From assembly GCA_964658305.1 (NCBI GenBank), contig OZ210885.1:23374001-23438000 (forward strand): a stretch of DNA of 64,000 nt. The letters run 5' to 3'. Of this stretch, positions 38,601 to 52,646 are shown piece after piece. Every line of letters starts with the position of its first letter. The stretch's first letter is position 1. This DNA comes from Leptogorgia sarmentosa (lineage: Eukaryota). The notes below the pieces were generated by a model. The model was given only the letters and a program-made list of their open reading frames with translations, was not told the DNA's origin and made no database searches. A program made the translations under genes and the position numbers.

Positions 38601-40141
38601 GAACTGGTTTGGCGGTTTCATCCACTTCGAGGTGTAGTTCAGGACCAAGAAGTCCAAGTCCTTCGAATACGTCACTGTAAGAGGTCTTGATATCTTCCAT
38701 TGTCATTCCGGCTTTGTTGTGGGAGCTATCGGAGATTACTTGTGATATGTTGGCATCGTGGCGTATTGGTTGGTCAGGTGCCGTCGTGTGAATAAGTCCG
38801 AGACTTTGAACCGTGCTACACCCCAGAAGGTTGCTTGTGGCATCCTGGTCATTGATGATTGTGAACTGGACTTTGTATTTCTTCTTGGTGGTAATATTCT
38901 GTAGTTGGACTTTGCATTTTCCGACAGGCGTAATGGCAGAATTATTATACATTTTCAGCACTTGTACGGTTGGCTTGATTTTCCGTTCATATTTTGTACC
39001 GCTTAGTTCGCTCTTCTTGAGAACGTTACACGTTGCGCTGTGTCGATTTGGAATTTGGTATCTTTGCCTTGTTTGATTTTCATGGTTGCGAAGAGGCGTG
39101 ACTGATGGGTAGGTGCGTTTTGTACTGACAGGATGTCTTCAATAGGTGTAATCAATTCCACTGTCATCACTGAGTCCCCTGAGTCACTTGAGCGGTTTTC
39201 ATCTACTGCGTGAATTGGATGTTGTTGAGGGTTCTTCTTCTTTTGGAGGCATGGATTGGCAAAGTGATTGGCGCGGCCACAGTGGTTGCATTTCTTGCCA
39301 AACGCTGGACACAGCTCTTTTTTTCTCGAATGTGATCCATTGCAATACCTACATTGCCCGTGTGCGGGTTGCTCGCGGGTTTGTGGCTTTTCGGGTGCAC
39401 TTTTGTTGTTGACCATATTAATTCCCTCTTCGTTGCTTTGTTTGAGACTCTTGAGCTGCTTTTTCATTGTTTCGTTGCTGCGACAAATGTCAATCGCTTT
39501 AGATAATGTTAGTTTTCGGTCTTGTAGGAGCTTCTTCTGTGTTGCGCTGTCATTGATCCCAAGTACTAAGCGATCACGGATGAGGGAGTCGTGCAAACAT
39601 GCACAAAAATTGCACGTTTGGGCGAGTTTTCGCAGTGTTGTGACATATTGATCAATTGATTCCTCGTCGCTTTTCTGTCGGCTGTTAAAGATGAATCGTT
39701 CATAAGTCTGGTTCGTCTCCCCGAGACACAGTTCGCTAAATTTCGTAACGACAACTTCGTATTTGGTGCAATCCATTCCTTCGAAAATCTCGAGAGCAGC
39801 TTCGCCAATGCATGAGAGAAATGTCGCTGTCTTAAAATTCTCTTCGAAGCGGTTAAGCCTCGCAACGATTGCGTAGTTATCCCAATTTCGCTTAAACCTC
39901 TTCCAGTTTGTGGCCAAATTTCCTTCGATTTGTAGGGGTTTGGGCATTGCTAGCCCGGGCGGCAAAAGTGGTGCATGGCTTGCTGTGGCACCGGTCGTTG
40001 TCACCGCCGACGATGTTTCCATTGCTTCGGTCGACGAGCTGCTGCCTTCGCTCATATTCGCTGTATTCTTCGCTTAGTGGGTTCATGCTAATTAGTCCTA
40101 TGGCGCCAAAGTGCCGCTAAGTTAATATGTAACTGTCAACA
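35628..40141 (-). mobile_element. Gypsy/Ty3 LTR retrotransposon (Mag-like), nearly intact
   Basis: 5-bp TSD ACGAT (35623-35627, 40142-40146); TG..CA ends; 3' LTR 35628-35808; PPT 35809-35822; 5' LTR reduced to 40084-40141. Confidence 0.96.
35899..40055 (-). pseudogene. Gypsy gag-pol with one frameshift at the protease DTG motif
   Basis: Gag with CCHC (CNHCGRANHFANPC); pol open for 1020 aa with RT IADDILITG, RH CDASDHGLGA and NYAQIEKELLA, and an HHCC/DDE integrase. Confidence 0.93.
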
Positions 40142-43100
40142 ACGATTACCAGCTCTGACCCCAGCTGTGGGCGCAGTGCTAGATCAAGGAAGTGCAAGAA
40201 TTGCTAGAAAAGCAGGCAGTGCATCCAGTGGATCACAATTTTCGGACAGAAGGCTTTATAAGTTCGATGTTTGTAATCCCAAAAAAGGATGGGGGAAATC
40301 GACTGGTAGTGAATTTGAAACCCTCGAATCAATACCTAGTATACGAGCACTTCAAGATGGAGGGCATCCACATGTTACGAGATCTTTTACAACAAGGGGA
40401 CCTCTCAGTGAAGATCGATCTGAAGGATGCTTATTTGACAGTACCCATCTGGAAAAATCATCGGAAATATCTTCGGTTTCTTTGGCGAGAAAACATGTTT
40501 GAGTTTGCTTGCCTTCCTTTCGGCTTAGCCACAGCGCCAAGGGTTTTCACAAAATTGATGAAACCAGTAGTTGCACTTTTGAGACAGGGGCGTTCGACTA
40601 ATAATTTATTTAGACGATATCCTAGTTATGGCAGACTCTCAGGATCTGGTGCTTCACCAGGCAGCATCAGTATTGAATTTTTTAGAGAGCCTGGGGTTTC
40701 TGGTCAATTACAAGAAATCCCTCTTAGTTCCCAGTCAACAATAGAATTTTTAGGTTTGTTGATAGATTCCAAGGCCCTTACTCTTCAGCTTCCTGGGGAA
40801 AAATTGCGAAAAATTCGAAAGAATTGCCAGAAACTCTTAGAGCTACAAGAGGTCTCAATAAGGGAGTTATCAAAATTCCTGGGGCTCCTGACCTCATCCA
40901 TCCAAAGTAGGTACCGGATTTACTCGTTTGAGCGTCGCCCCCGATTGAGCGCCGCCCTCACCAAGATGCCATGATGCCATGACCCTGCTGGACCAAGCGT
41001 CCAGGGAGGAGATCACCTGGTGGAGAGATCATCTCCACTCATGGAATGGCCATGTACTGTTCCAGAAACCAGTAGATTTCATCATCGAAACAGATGCTTC
41101 ACGGAAAGGATGGGGGGCATACAGCCAAGGTATAAGTAAAGGGGGTCCATGGTGCTTGGAAGAAAAGAGGTTCCATATAAATTGTCTAGAACTTCTAGCA
41201 GGGTTGCTGGCAATCAAGACCTTCACAAAAGGCAAAATGTGTGCACATGTAAAGCTGTTAATGGACAATGCTGTGGCAGTAGCATACATAAACAAGATGG
41301 GGGGTCCTTGTTCCCAAGCATTAACAAATTTAGCATTAGACCTCTGGGAATGGTGCATTCACAACAAGATGGAGGTTTCAGTGCAGCATCTTCCAGGATG
41401 TCTGAATGTTCGAGCGGACAGGGAGTGCCGTCATTTACTAGATTCCAGCGACTGGAAGCTGGACCTGGCCATGTTTCAATTGCTGGTGGGGAAATGGGGC
41501 CCCCTAGAGATAGATCTATTTGCTTCACGCCTAACCTACCAACTCCCACAATTTGTCAGTTGGAGACCGGAACCTTAGCGATTCATGCCGATGCCTTTTC
41601 AATCAATTGGAAAAACCTTCAGGGGTATGCCATTCCTCTATTTGCCTAGGTCGTTGCCTACAGCAGGTAATGAATCAAGAGGTGGACCAATTAGTTCTAG
41701 TAGCACCAGTTTGGCCAGCTCAGCCGTGGTACCCAGTGCTACTTCGTCTGTGCACAGACTTTTCTCTGTTATTCCAGATGTCACCAACACTGCTGATGAG
41801 GGACAATCAGCCTCACCCATTAACCAATCTACAACTGGCTGGGTGGAAGCAGCAGAGATTTCAGAGTCTACTAGAAACATACTGTTGGCAGCATGGAGAA
41901 AGAACACAACCTCCACTTATTCATCAGCTTGGAATAAATGGGTTAGCTGGTGTGATCAACGGGAAATCAATCCCCTTTCAACTCGCCTAAGTTCAATATT
42001 AGAGTTTCTAAAAGACCAGTTTGAAGAGGGGAAGGCATGTCGGACAATTAATGTCTACCGCTCAACGTTATCCGCTCTGCTACCAGAGATTGATAAATTT
42101 AAGGTCAGGTCTCATCCTTTAGTCTCACAATTACTAAAAGGAATTTTTAATCCGAGGCCACCCGAACTCAGGTACTCGCACACCTGGCAAGTTTCCATTG
42201 TGTTAGATTTTCTTAAATCTTTGGGTAGGAATGATGATATGGATAATGTACATCCCAGGACCACTTTGTGTCTTTGTTCAGGAACTGGCAGAGTAGAGCC
42301 GTTTTTTCACTGAAACAAGACGCTCCAGGTAGCGTTAACTCGCTGGGGCTACACAAAGTCACAAATAGGGACATATATACATTATACATACTGTGTATCA
42401 TAGATATAGACATTATGGATTAGGACCAATGGTTTGAAAATGAAACATACTGTAAAAGGCAGATATTCGCAGAAGTTAGTGCAGTTACACTAAGATAAGG
42501 GTTTGCTCCTACCTACTTCAGTTTTTTAGTTTGCTACCTAGTACAGTGTACAGTGTATAGAGTGAGACCTTGTATTGAGGTTGAATAGTACAGAAAGGGT
42601 TGAATGATCACAGTTATGAGTAAACCAAATTTGGAAACCATTTAGAACTGTAAGCTTTTGTGTTTATTTTTATGATTCATATATAAGCCCCTCCCATGCT
42701 TATGAACAAATAATATGAGGCCAAGAAGGGCTTGTATTCATAAGCGTCCATAGCCCTCAACTGCATCATTTCTTCTATTTCTACTAGAGCACCGTTCAAT
42801 CAAAAGGCATAATGCATATACACAGAGGTGCTATAAACAAAACAAGAACCCTGTCTTGCCAAAATTGAGCAAGGACCACTATAATAAATGTCCTCGATAT
42901 TGATTCTTTCAACCTTTTTCAAAATGCTCAACGGTATGAAATTGTCGATATAGTCCCAGTATAATTATTAAAAAGAAAGTTCAACTCTAAAATACTGAAT
43001 CATGTTGCTTCAGAAAGCTTGAAAAAATGACTATACAATGTCTCCAATGGATTATCCAACCTTCGAACAACCTGCCCCCGGTGTTTAGTAATACACATGA

Positions 43101-43659
43101 GTACAATTTCTCACCCGTAATCAAACGGTGGTATTATCCTTCTTGCACATTAAGTAGGCAGTTATACATATTTCACACTGTCACCTGAGTACACTCTACA
43201 CTCACACTGGCATACTGTAGTTATCACGGACTGTTGTTCGATAAAATTCATATTGTTACAACGCCAAAGTGCATGCTTTTCATAAAGTAGTTAGTTATGC
43301 TAACTACGTTGTGCAGTTTAAGTTATAACCTTTTACCTTGAAATTCGGAATATAATTATTCGGATTTAGTATTATGATCGACGTGCACCGGTGAAAAACC
43401 CATTAAACACGCTACCATGAATGTGCAGAGTTAGACTCAATTCAAAATCCATAGAAAACAAGTACAATTTGTTCAAAATTTTCACCAAATTGTTCAAAAC
43501 ACTTTGCCCACTCCTTGAAAGATCCGCCATTTTGAAAAGGTCATTAGGTCAAGCGGCTAAAAATAGGTAGCTCATTAATATTCTATTTTGTGGCTATCGA
43601 TCCACTATCCACTATCCAAAAAAAATTCGAGCCGAAACCTATACTTGCCTGGGCACAGG

Positions 43660-45215
43660 TGCCCCAGCGAGTAATTATCAATGAATTTATGCAGGTAATT
43701 CACCATTCCAAGAAATCTTTGTAAAGCCTTTGGACCATCAGGAGTTGGCATTTCTTTGATTGCTTTTATCTTGTCTTCATCTGGCTTGAGACCATCTTTG
43801 GTGAACTGGTGCCCAACGTATGAAACACTTTCAAGTCGGAACTTGCACTTCTTTTTATTTAGCTTGAGATTAACTTCCTTTGCTCTCTGCAATACTTTCT
43901 CGAGATTATAATCGTGCTCAGCAATGTCACGTCCACAAACAAGAATGTCGTCAACAATGATCTCACAAGGGTAGCCTGTGAACAACTGTTCCATTGTTCT
44001 TTGAAATACTTCTGATGCTGTATTTATACCAAACGCAATTCGCAGATATCTATATCTTCCAAATGGTGTACCAAATGTGGTCAGCATCGATGACTTCTCG
44101 TCTAGCATATCTGCCAACATCCAGAGGTAGAAAATACTGTAGCATCTGGCATACGAGCAACAACACTTTTCGACTGTTCTCATTGGATAATGAGATCTCT
44201 TCAAAGCTAGATTCAGGTTTCGTGAAAAATGTTAGATCATAGTCAGCGTAGGAACATATCTGAGACTGCTTTATATGTTGGTCAGCGGTGATAGAAATTT
44301 CTATTGGCGTATTCACAAAATAAACCAGTCCCAAACCATAAATCTGACCCTAACCACCAGTCCCAAACCATAACTAAAGGTTAGTTAGGTTTCCATCACC
44401 GCTGACCGACATATAAAGCAGTCTCGGATATGTTCCTACGCTGACTATGATCTAACGCCGACCAGGTTTCGTGGATCTAGCAAATGTGTGTTTCGCCATT
44501 TTTCTTTCGTGTAGCTACCATCTGTGAAACCCACTCAGTTGGCTCTGATACTGGGGCGATTCCCCTCTTCTCCACCATGTTGTCAAGCTCTTTTTTCCCA
44601 TTGCGATTGGTATTTTGCGTGGTGGGTTTATTACGGGTGTTATGTTGCTGTCAACTTTCATGGAGTAAACGACTGGAATTCCCCAAGGTTGTCATCGAAA
44701 AGATCTTTGTGCTTCTCCATAACCCTGTCTCTAAACTCGCCGCTTGCTTGAACTTCGTGAATGCGTTCGTTTAGCTTTATAAGATTCGTTTTCAATGAAT
44801 CCTCTAAGCCACGATCTGAAATTCTAACCTATGTATTGTTGAATCAATATGACAATTCATCTCTACAGTACCCAGCGTTGAAAATGTATAGCCCCCATAA
44901 GCTACCAACTCTACTGACTTTGATTTATTAATAATTTCACCGTCTCTCTGGTTTCTTACGTTAAACTTGTGTCTTTCCATGATTACATTCCCTTGCGGAT
45001 TGCAGATTTCTTTAAACTTTCGTTTGAGGACTTCAATGCTTTCTTTCGTCTCTGCCGGTGTGATTATTTCATTTTCTTCATTGCGTACAGCCGGTGAATA
45101 CACAAACGATCTTTCCTTTTCTCTGCCAGCAATATTAAGCATGATGTGCGCCTTCGTCTTTTCCGTTTTGTCATGATGAGCTGCTGCCAAGAATATATCC
45201 AATTCTAGCTCAAAA
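43660..45215 (-). pseudogene. Second Gypsy relic (gag, protease region and RT; heavily deleted)
   Basis: NVIMERHKFNVRNQ, LDPRNLNLALKRSHYPM, TPFGRYRYLR..FG, IIVDDILV, LQRFLGMVNYL; no LTRs seen. Confidence 0.85.
44225..44462. mobile_element. MITE inserted in the Gypsy RT
   Basis: ~62-bp TIRs gttagatcatagtcagcgtaggaacatatc...; flanking direct repeat caggtttcgtg (44214-44224, 44463-44473); removal restores LDPRNLN. Confidence 0.88.
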
Positions 45216-45217
45216 AA

Positions 45218-46072
45218 GTAATGATTATAGGATCAACTTATGACCTTAACAATAAGGTTCACAACTATCCCGTAATGCTAAACAATAAGGTGATCTCCCG
45301 GACACATTCCTTTGAGTGTTTAGGTGCGTTGATTCGTGAAAAACTGAGCTGGGATTTACATGTCGAAAAGATGTGTAAAAAGGTTGGGGTAGCATTGCTG
45401 TTATGAAACGAATTCAGCCATTTGTTCCTAATAGTACTTTGCAAACAATTTATAAAGCCATGATACAACCATATTTTGATTATTTCTCCTCCTGTGGGGA
45501 AATTGTTCTGCTTATTTAAAAGACAAACTCCAAAGATTTCAAAATTGAGCAGGAAGGGTAATTTCTGGTGCTAACTATGATATTAATTCTGCTGACGTTC
45601 TCGAATCTCTTGGCTGGCAAACCTTAGAGGAAAGACGTAAACATAACAAATCAATATTAATGTATAGAATTTTAAATAATCGCGTTGCACCAAATCTGAA
45701 AGAAGCACTGATTTGCTTGTTCCGAAGAAGCAGAAGCACTGATTTGCTTGTTCCAATCCCAAAAAGAGATTTTCTTAAAAGAAGTTTTAAGTATAGTGGT
45801 GCAAAATTATGGAATAACCTTTCTACAGATGCTAAACTAGCTACATCCGAAAATGTATTTGTAACATTAATTAATCAATAATTACAAATATATTCACGTT
45901 GCCTTTGTGTACTAACAGGGTCACACCTACTCTTTTGTAAATAGTTTTATAGTTAGATATAGTTTTGTAAATAGTTTTTTTTATTATGCCGATGCCCCTC
46001 ATGGAAACAAACTGAATGTTGATGAGGCTAGCATCTGTAAAAATTTTGTGTGTAAATAAAGGTCACACACAC
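45218..46072 (+). mobile_element. 5'-truncated LINE (CR1/L2 group): 3' end of ORF2 and 3' UTR
   Basis: LSWDLHVEKMCKKV, TIYKAMIQPYFDY, LESLGWQTLEERR, KRSFKYSGAKLWNNL; ends aataaa..(CA)n. Confidence 0.85.
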
Positions 46073-47590
46073 AGACAAAAGGAACACAAAGACTTTGCAG
46101 AAATTTTAAATCGTACCCGAGAAGGAAAACATACTGAAGCTGACACTGGAGTTTTAAGTGAAAGAATTTTGAAGCTTAAATATGAATTTAACGCACTTAT
46201 TTAGTACTAATATAGCAGTTGACCAACATAATCATGACATTTTTCATAAATCGACAAACGAGAAGATTGCGATAAAAGCAATTGATATTGTACTTGGAGA
46301 TTTATCTGATGAATTAAAAGAAAGACTTAAAAAACAAATAGCAAACGATAGTGATGGTATAGATAGTATCGCCCATCACTACCAAACGATCCTTCAAAAA
46401 CCATGGGCTTGTACTCAGTTTGTTCCATACTTAAAGATGCAAAATATGATCTTACAACAAACGTGTCGGTTGCTGATGGTATGTCTAATGGTGCTGAGTG
46501 TATAATTAAGAAAATTGATTACCGAGTACCAGTAATCAGTGATCATCAAGACCAAGCATTTGGGTTTTATTTCAAGAAGAACACATGGGGAAAGATTATC
46601 GCAAAGAATATTCTCATCTTACAACCAAACTATAGACAGACATTGGATTCCCATTTTAGAGATCCAAGTTCTGCGCAGGGAATTCCCTTTAAGACCATCT
46701 GCAGCTAAAACTATTCATTGTTGTCACAGAGATACATTAAATGAAGCGGTTCTTGATCTTCCATCTTCTAAACGAGAGCATATGCATTATGTTGCACTTA
46801 GTATTCTGAATTATTCTGAATTTGAATGAAAATAAAATCGCTGTCAGCAAAAAGGTACAAGAAGAAATGACAAGATTAAGACAAGAAGCAACACTAAACA
46901 GCCATATTCCTTTTTTTTATAAAGATACAAGTGGCTCATTTAAGGTACTGTTTCAGAATGTGAGATCATTGCATCTTCATGTTGCTGATGTTTCTACTGA
47001 TTACAATGTGAAGGCAGCAGATATTAATGTTTGTAGAATCTGCTCTGTGTAGCAACAATGACACTGCAGTGTACGAGATTGATGGTTTTCAACTATTTAG
47101 AAATGACGTTGTGCAAAATGGCAGAAGAACACATGGAACTGCTATTTACGTAAAAAAATTATATTCAACTTATCTACAACCATTAAGTTGCAATCACAAC
47201 GATGTTGAAATGACGTTAATTAAAGCTGACCAACCAGTAAACAATTTACATATTGTAGTATTTTATCGCTCTACACATCTAAGGTGAAAATCGCAAGGTT
47301 CATAAATGCCTTAAAACATTTGCATTCCACTTTTCTAAAAGACTCAAGTACTCCTGTTATAATTCTTGGGGACTTCAATGTTAATCTAAATGAAAATTTT
47401 TCCGACAAAAATATGCTTTCTAAATACTTAATCGAAGAAAAGAAATATGTACAGCTTATTAGTCAAGTAACAACCAATTATGAAACAATAATTGATCACA
47501 TCTACACTAATATCCCTGAAAGAGTGAACAACAGTGGTGTTTGAGTCCTACTTTAGCGATCATAACCCTATTTTTGTATCGCTGATTTAA
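46073..47590 (+). pseudogene. Helentron relic: Pif1 helicase C-terminus plus APE-type endonuclease
   Basis: RQKEHKDFAEILNR, NVSVADGMSNGA, FPLRPSAAKTIH, HYVALS; then FQNVRSLH, IILGDFNV, IDHIYTN, YFSDH. Confidence 0.85.
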
Positions 47591-48689
47591 TATATCAATC
47601 TTCTAACACATGAGCAATTAAAGATTATTTGATCATTCATTAAAGATTATTTGATCAAACAATATAAAGGAAAGGTGGAACTAATAAGGCAAATGTTGTG
47701 ATTGCTATGTGTATACTGATTTGTGTATACCTTTTTTTTACCCATATAATTTTTACCTGTGTATAGACATGAATTAATTAGTCATTCGAAGAGAACCTGC
47801 TATAGGCACTCCATCCAGTAAGAGACTGTCATAAGAATTAACTAAATTAACCTAAGTGAATGCAAATTTTTGTTTCAGATCTAAAATTGAGCTAACATTA
47901 GAGAAATCTGTACTGTATGAAGAACTTGAAACAAATTCAGCGAAACTTATACTTTTGTTTGCCTGTCGGAAACAAGAGTAGGCTTTATATATTACCATGC
48001 TGCACTACGGATTATACTGTATCTCAGCTGTTCATCAACTGTCAACTACCGACGATAATAGCACCATCGCAAACATATATATATGATCTCCACTCCAGAA
48101 AATGGCTTCAATGAAACTGACTTTGAAGTTTAATTTATTCGAGACACAACGGAAGAAAGAAAGTTTCAAACCATTGTGAATGGCAAGAAGTTCTTATATC
48201 AATAACGACAATGATGTGACTCTGTTTTCGAAAACTAAAGTCCATGTGACAGTATACATATGAACTTTGTCTATAACCACAGATATCCTTAAAAAACATT
48301 GTGATTTAACTAAGCTCACCTATTCAACTATACTCTGTATGTAAAAACGTTCGTTTCAAGGTAAATTATATCTAGTCAAAGAAAAATAATAGTATACCAG
48401 AATTAAGCCTAAATTGTCCTTAATATGATATCGGGTTCGAGTCTATTCTGTAACAAAGTGAGGTTTGCCGTTGTGTAGACATAAGTGGTAAATTCAGCCT
48501 ACTAATTAGTGGAGCAAAGGGGGGCCCAAAGTGGTTGACTGTTGGAGGGGCCCCAGTGGTTGCGTTACGCCACTGTATGGTATGTGTTAAGGTAAACATT
48601 TGAACATCCATATACTATAGAGACCATTGGGGCATGTGTCCCCCCCAGACCACGTTGTTGTTAGCTTGTTGTAACTATAAGTACTCGTG

Positions 48690-51330
48690 TTAATAACAGG
48701 TTCTTCAATACTTCTTCATTATATTTCCACCATCATGACCACTACTCTAACAGTCAGTGGCGTAACAAGTGGGGGTGCTGTGGGGGGGCAAAGTCAAAAT
48801 TTTCCCGACAAATTTAACAAATTTTATACGCGTTTACAAGGGTAACTGGTAAGACAAAAGTCATCTTGTACCTAACTCGTTTTCTCAATTAAGCGACTTC
48901 ATATTTTTGTCTTGAAGTATTCAGCACACCGCAATATTTGTAATATTACACCCTGCAGCGGCTGGTTTAAGGTTTAAATTAGCGGTCCTCGAAACTATAA
49001 ATGGCCGATACATAACATATGCAATTGATTCAATTGATAATATTAATTGCGTCCATTAATATGACAATATTATATGCGTCCGATAATACTAATACATACT
49101 TTATTGAACAATTCCCAACATGTATTTTCAATGCCATTGCAGTATACAATTTTATACAACAAAAATATCAATACCTATCTACGACGTTCTAACCACAAAA
49201 TTAAATAATGGTTATTGCATGCATTGATCAATAACGCACTCACTTAAACAATAAGACGTTTTGACATGTCACATGTTTGTCTCTATCTATAAGTGTCTAT
49301 TCTTCAACAATTCTAGTAATTCTTCTCAATACAAACGAAACAAAAGAAACATGAGCAGGATGGTCAGCGTACCGATAAGTTATGCAATATGATATGAGTA
49401 CAACATGTAAGCTATAATTATATAAGGGCCAACCGCCCCAATATGTTAACAGATATTTTGTAGACAATTGCCTACAGCAATTATATTTTCGTCTCATTCT
49501 TTTCGATTTACTTTATTGTGGATTGTGGAACGTCTCACAGTCCTACAATTTTTTTAAAGCAGGTTTCAAATTCATTTTCCCGACAGACAGAATTTGAACA
49601 AATTTCCCGACAATTTTTTTTGTGGGGGGGCGGCTCGCCCCCCCTGCCCCCCCGGTTGTTACGCCACTGCTAACAGTATGCCATTGTTTCGTTATCCATC
49701 AAACATTAAATTACTTTTTACTGAGTTGCAAAGCTATGAATAACGTTTTTTTAGTTTTTCAACTGAAAAAATTAATAGCAGCCTAATGACTTTCCAGAAA
49801 CTTTGCACTATCCTTGTTTTCTTACAGTCACATCTCTGCATGTCTTGTCTCTACCTTTAACTTTGACCATTATGACAGTCAAGTCTTGGCAAAGAAGTTG
49901 CAAGTTCTGTAACATTTTGTGCCAAGTTAATACAATGCCCTGAATAACCTCGTTGACCATCAGGTTTAATATAAACTCTCATGATCTGATTCTTACAGTC
50001 ACATCTCTGCATGTCTTGTCTCTGCCTTTAACTTTGACAATTATGACAGTCAAGTCTTGGCAAAGAAGTTGCAAGTTCAGTAACATTTTGTGCCAAGTTA
50101 ATACAATGCCCTGAATAACCTTGTTGACCACCAGGTTTAATATAAACTCTCATGATCGGCAAAGCACAAGCAATTAACATTTCCTCAACCAATCTGAGTT
50201 GAATGTTGCAGTTCACAAGGAACAGGTGCTGGTACCATTAAGTTTTCACATGAAAACTATTTAGGTGTTTTTTATCTCTAGACCATTGTGAACACGCATA
50301 AGGTGACTTCGGTTTAGATTTCAAAGGCCATGTCTCTTGACATACTGGACACTGAGAAACAATGTATTGCACAGACCTATGAACTTAGACTCTTTATTGT
50401 TTTGAAGTCTTCTTTGTCTATCACATTCACTTTCAACCGAATGCTTGAATCTTTGGTATTCTCGATCTTTCACACATTTAGTTACTTAATTTGAATTCTT
50501 GCACATATTTAATTGCACAGGTACAACTTCAAATAACAATTTTATTTGCATGTAGTTTTGTTGACAAACAATACAAATATTGTTCCGACTCTATAATATT
50601 GGTAAAAGCCATGACAACAGCAGAGCCATTTGCATCAGGGATGCCACTCAAGTCTCTGGCATGTGAATCAAAAAGGTTAAAAATATCTGTTGTTTTACTA
50701 AGGCCATCATATAACCTTCTAGTACTAAAATAGAAAAACAATCATTTGCAAAAGTATTAAAAAGAGCTGTGTGAATATCATAGTAACCAGACTGTGTGAA
50801 TATCACAGTAATAACAAAACCTTGAAGTTCTTTTTCATAATTAATATGGGAAATTTGGCTGACACTTTTTGTCTTCACAACAATTGGTGAATCAACGTTT
50901 ATATTTTGTGCCTCACTCACCACTTTCGTTATGTTATTCTGAACCCAAAAAGGCTCCCCTGCATTAGATGAATCACCAGTTGGTGATGTAACTACATTTC
51001 CCTGTACAGAAGAATGAAATAGGCTGATCATTGGTTGACATATTTCGTACAAAAAGTTAGCCGACATGCATAAAGATGAAACACTAATACCTTTAGGGAA
51101 ATGTCCTACAGACAAAAAATCCGTATATTGATCTACCACAATAAAGCCAGTATTAAGTACATTTTGTCTCCTTGTATTAAGACATTATTAAATGTTACCT
51201 TCTACCACAATGGTAATGGAATATTTTGGACTGTAAGAAGTGCCGACAAAGCCATAAAACCACATCGCTTACCTCTACATTAAACATTTCATTGCCTTGA
51301 TGAAAATCGGCAGAAAGAAATAAAGCCATG
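48690..51330 (-). pseudogene. Helitron N-terminal relic: herpes-tegument-like (C76) cysteine peptidase/DUB region plus pre-Rep domain
   Basis: ADFHQG..., [55 protein letters not shown], which parallels the 22600-22780 region of the large Helitron. Confidence 0.62.
48755..49669. mobile_element. Non-autonomous hAT element
   Basis: CTAACAGT|CAGTGGCGTAACAA...TTGTTACGCCACTG|CTAACAGT; 8-bp TSD. Confidence 0.92.
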
Positions 51331-51862
51331 TGTACTGGAAAAAATAATTGCTTCTTTATATTCTTTATACTTGCAACAATATGACACAACGAAGGTCAAA
51401 GACTACATGCATCAAAACTGGAAATCGATCAATGACATCAGTACACGAAACATGCGTGCACAACAAAAAATATATTGTCCATCCACCCCCCTGAAAAAGA
51501 ATCTTCAAATGTACTGTTCCCCAGAATTACGACAATCAGAAGGACAGACATCAACTTGACCGAAACCAATTCATTGTCCGTAGTTACTATAGCTAAATCA
51601 AAGTCAATCGAGTTACATGCAAGCATATAAAAGTTATACACCACTCTACTCATGAGCCGAACCTAATAATTTTTTTCATTGCTCTGCAAAGTTAGCAAAT
51701 TCATATAAAACATTGATACAAAAGTATAACGCACTTTCAAAATTTACCCATGGAAATTTCGCGTTTAACAACCTTTCTCGATGAAACTTCGTGTTTTGTA
51801 CAAGGTAGCCAATCTAATTCAATCTGTGTACTGTATTATAGTACCAACGCTCTAACGTCCAT

Positions 51863-52646
51863 CAGGGGTGTGTAAATCATAATGTAGACTGATTCGAGTG
51901 CCGAAGGCACAAGAAACTTAGGGGGGTCTGGGGGCATGCCCCCCCGGGAAAATTTTGAAATTTGGGTCTCGGAAATGGCATTTCCAGCATTTTGAGAGCA
52001 TGTTATCTGTTAGAAGGAAGGTGTTAGAACGCCTGTCCGCACAACACCATTAGAGACCTTAAGATTACACGACGGCAACGTTGAATGAGCTGGGCCGAAT
52101 TTGAGGGTAGTGAATGTCACGAGGCGCCACCATGGTTGGCGCCGAGGAAGAAATTTTTTAACTTTTACAACCTCTGGATTGCCGGAAACGGTGATTTCAG
52201 AGTTCTAACTCCACTTTTTTGGTACGCTCGTTCAGGTGAACGACTGGAGGATTGTTGACATTACCTTATTCCTCAGATTTTTGCCCAAATTATGCTCAAA
52301 ATCAGTGCCCGAATTTTCCAATTTGAAATTACTGCAAAGTCAGCAAAAACTAGTTCACCCGTTACTTCCGGTTGGTATTGCCGTCACAGTTTTCTCGCAA
52401 GCTTAAGGTCCCAAATGACGCCTGTCCGCATAACACCATTCGTAAACTGCATATTAATCACTTTACTTTTTATAATTTATTGTTATGAATGCAGTCGGTC
52501 TCGAGATAATATGTCGGTCTTCGCTCAGCAATGTATTTAATCCTACTATTGCATAATTTTGTATTTTGAGACCTGTTGTACGTATTTTGAGACCGACTGG
52601 CCAGTGCCTTTGGGGGGGTGGACCACCCCCATATTTACGCCCCCTG
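51863..52646. mobile_element. Non-autonomous hAT element containing a nested MITE
   Basis: ACGTCCAT|CAGGGGTGTGTAAAT...ATTTACGCCCCCTG|ACGCCCAT (TSD 7/8); inner element 52052-52413 with GACCTTAAG ends. Confidence 0.7.

Larger units (their letters stand above)
34932..42240 (+). mobile_element. DIRS retrotransposon (gag, RT, RNase H, MT-like, YR), split by a Gypsy insertion
   Basis: Gag 34932-35545; RT PWVLQVVQGYQIEF | KIDLKDAYL, LPFGLATAPRVFTK; RH IETDASRKGWG, HINCLELLA, MDNAVAVAYINKMGG; MT-like IDLFASR; YR N-terminus WRKNTTSTYSSAWNKW..TINVYRSTLS; catalytic YR part missing. Confidence 0.9.

Noticed and set aside
42240..43660. Possible gene start (aaaATGGCGG at ~43531, minus strand)
   Set aside because: Short frame with an early stop and no recognisable product; left uncalled.
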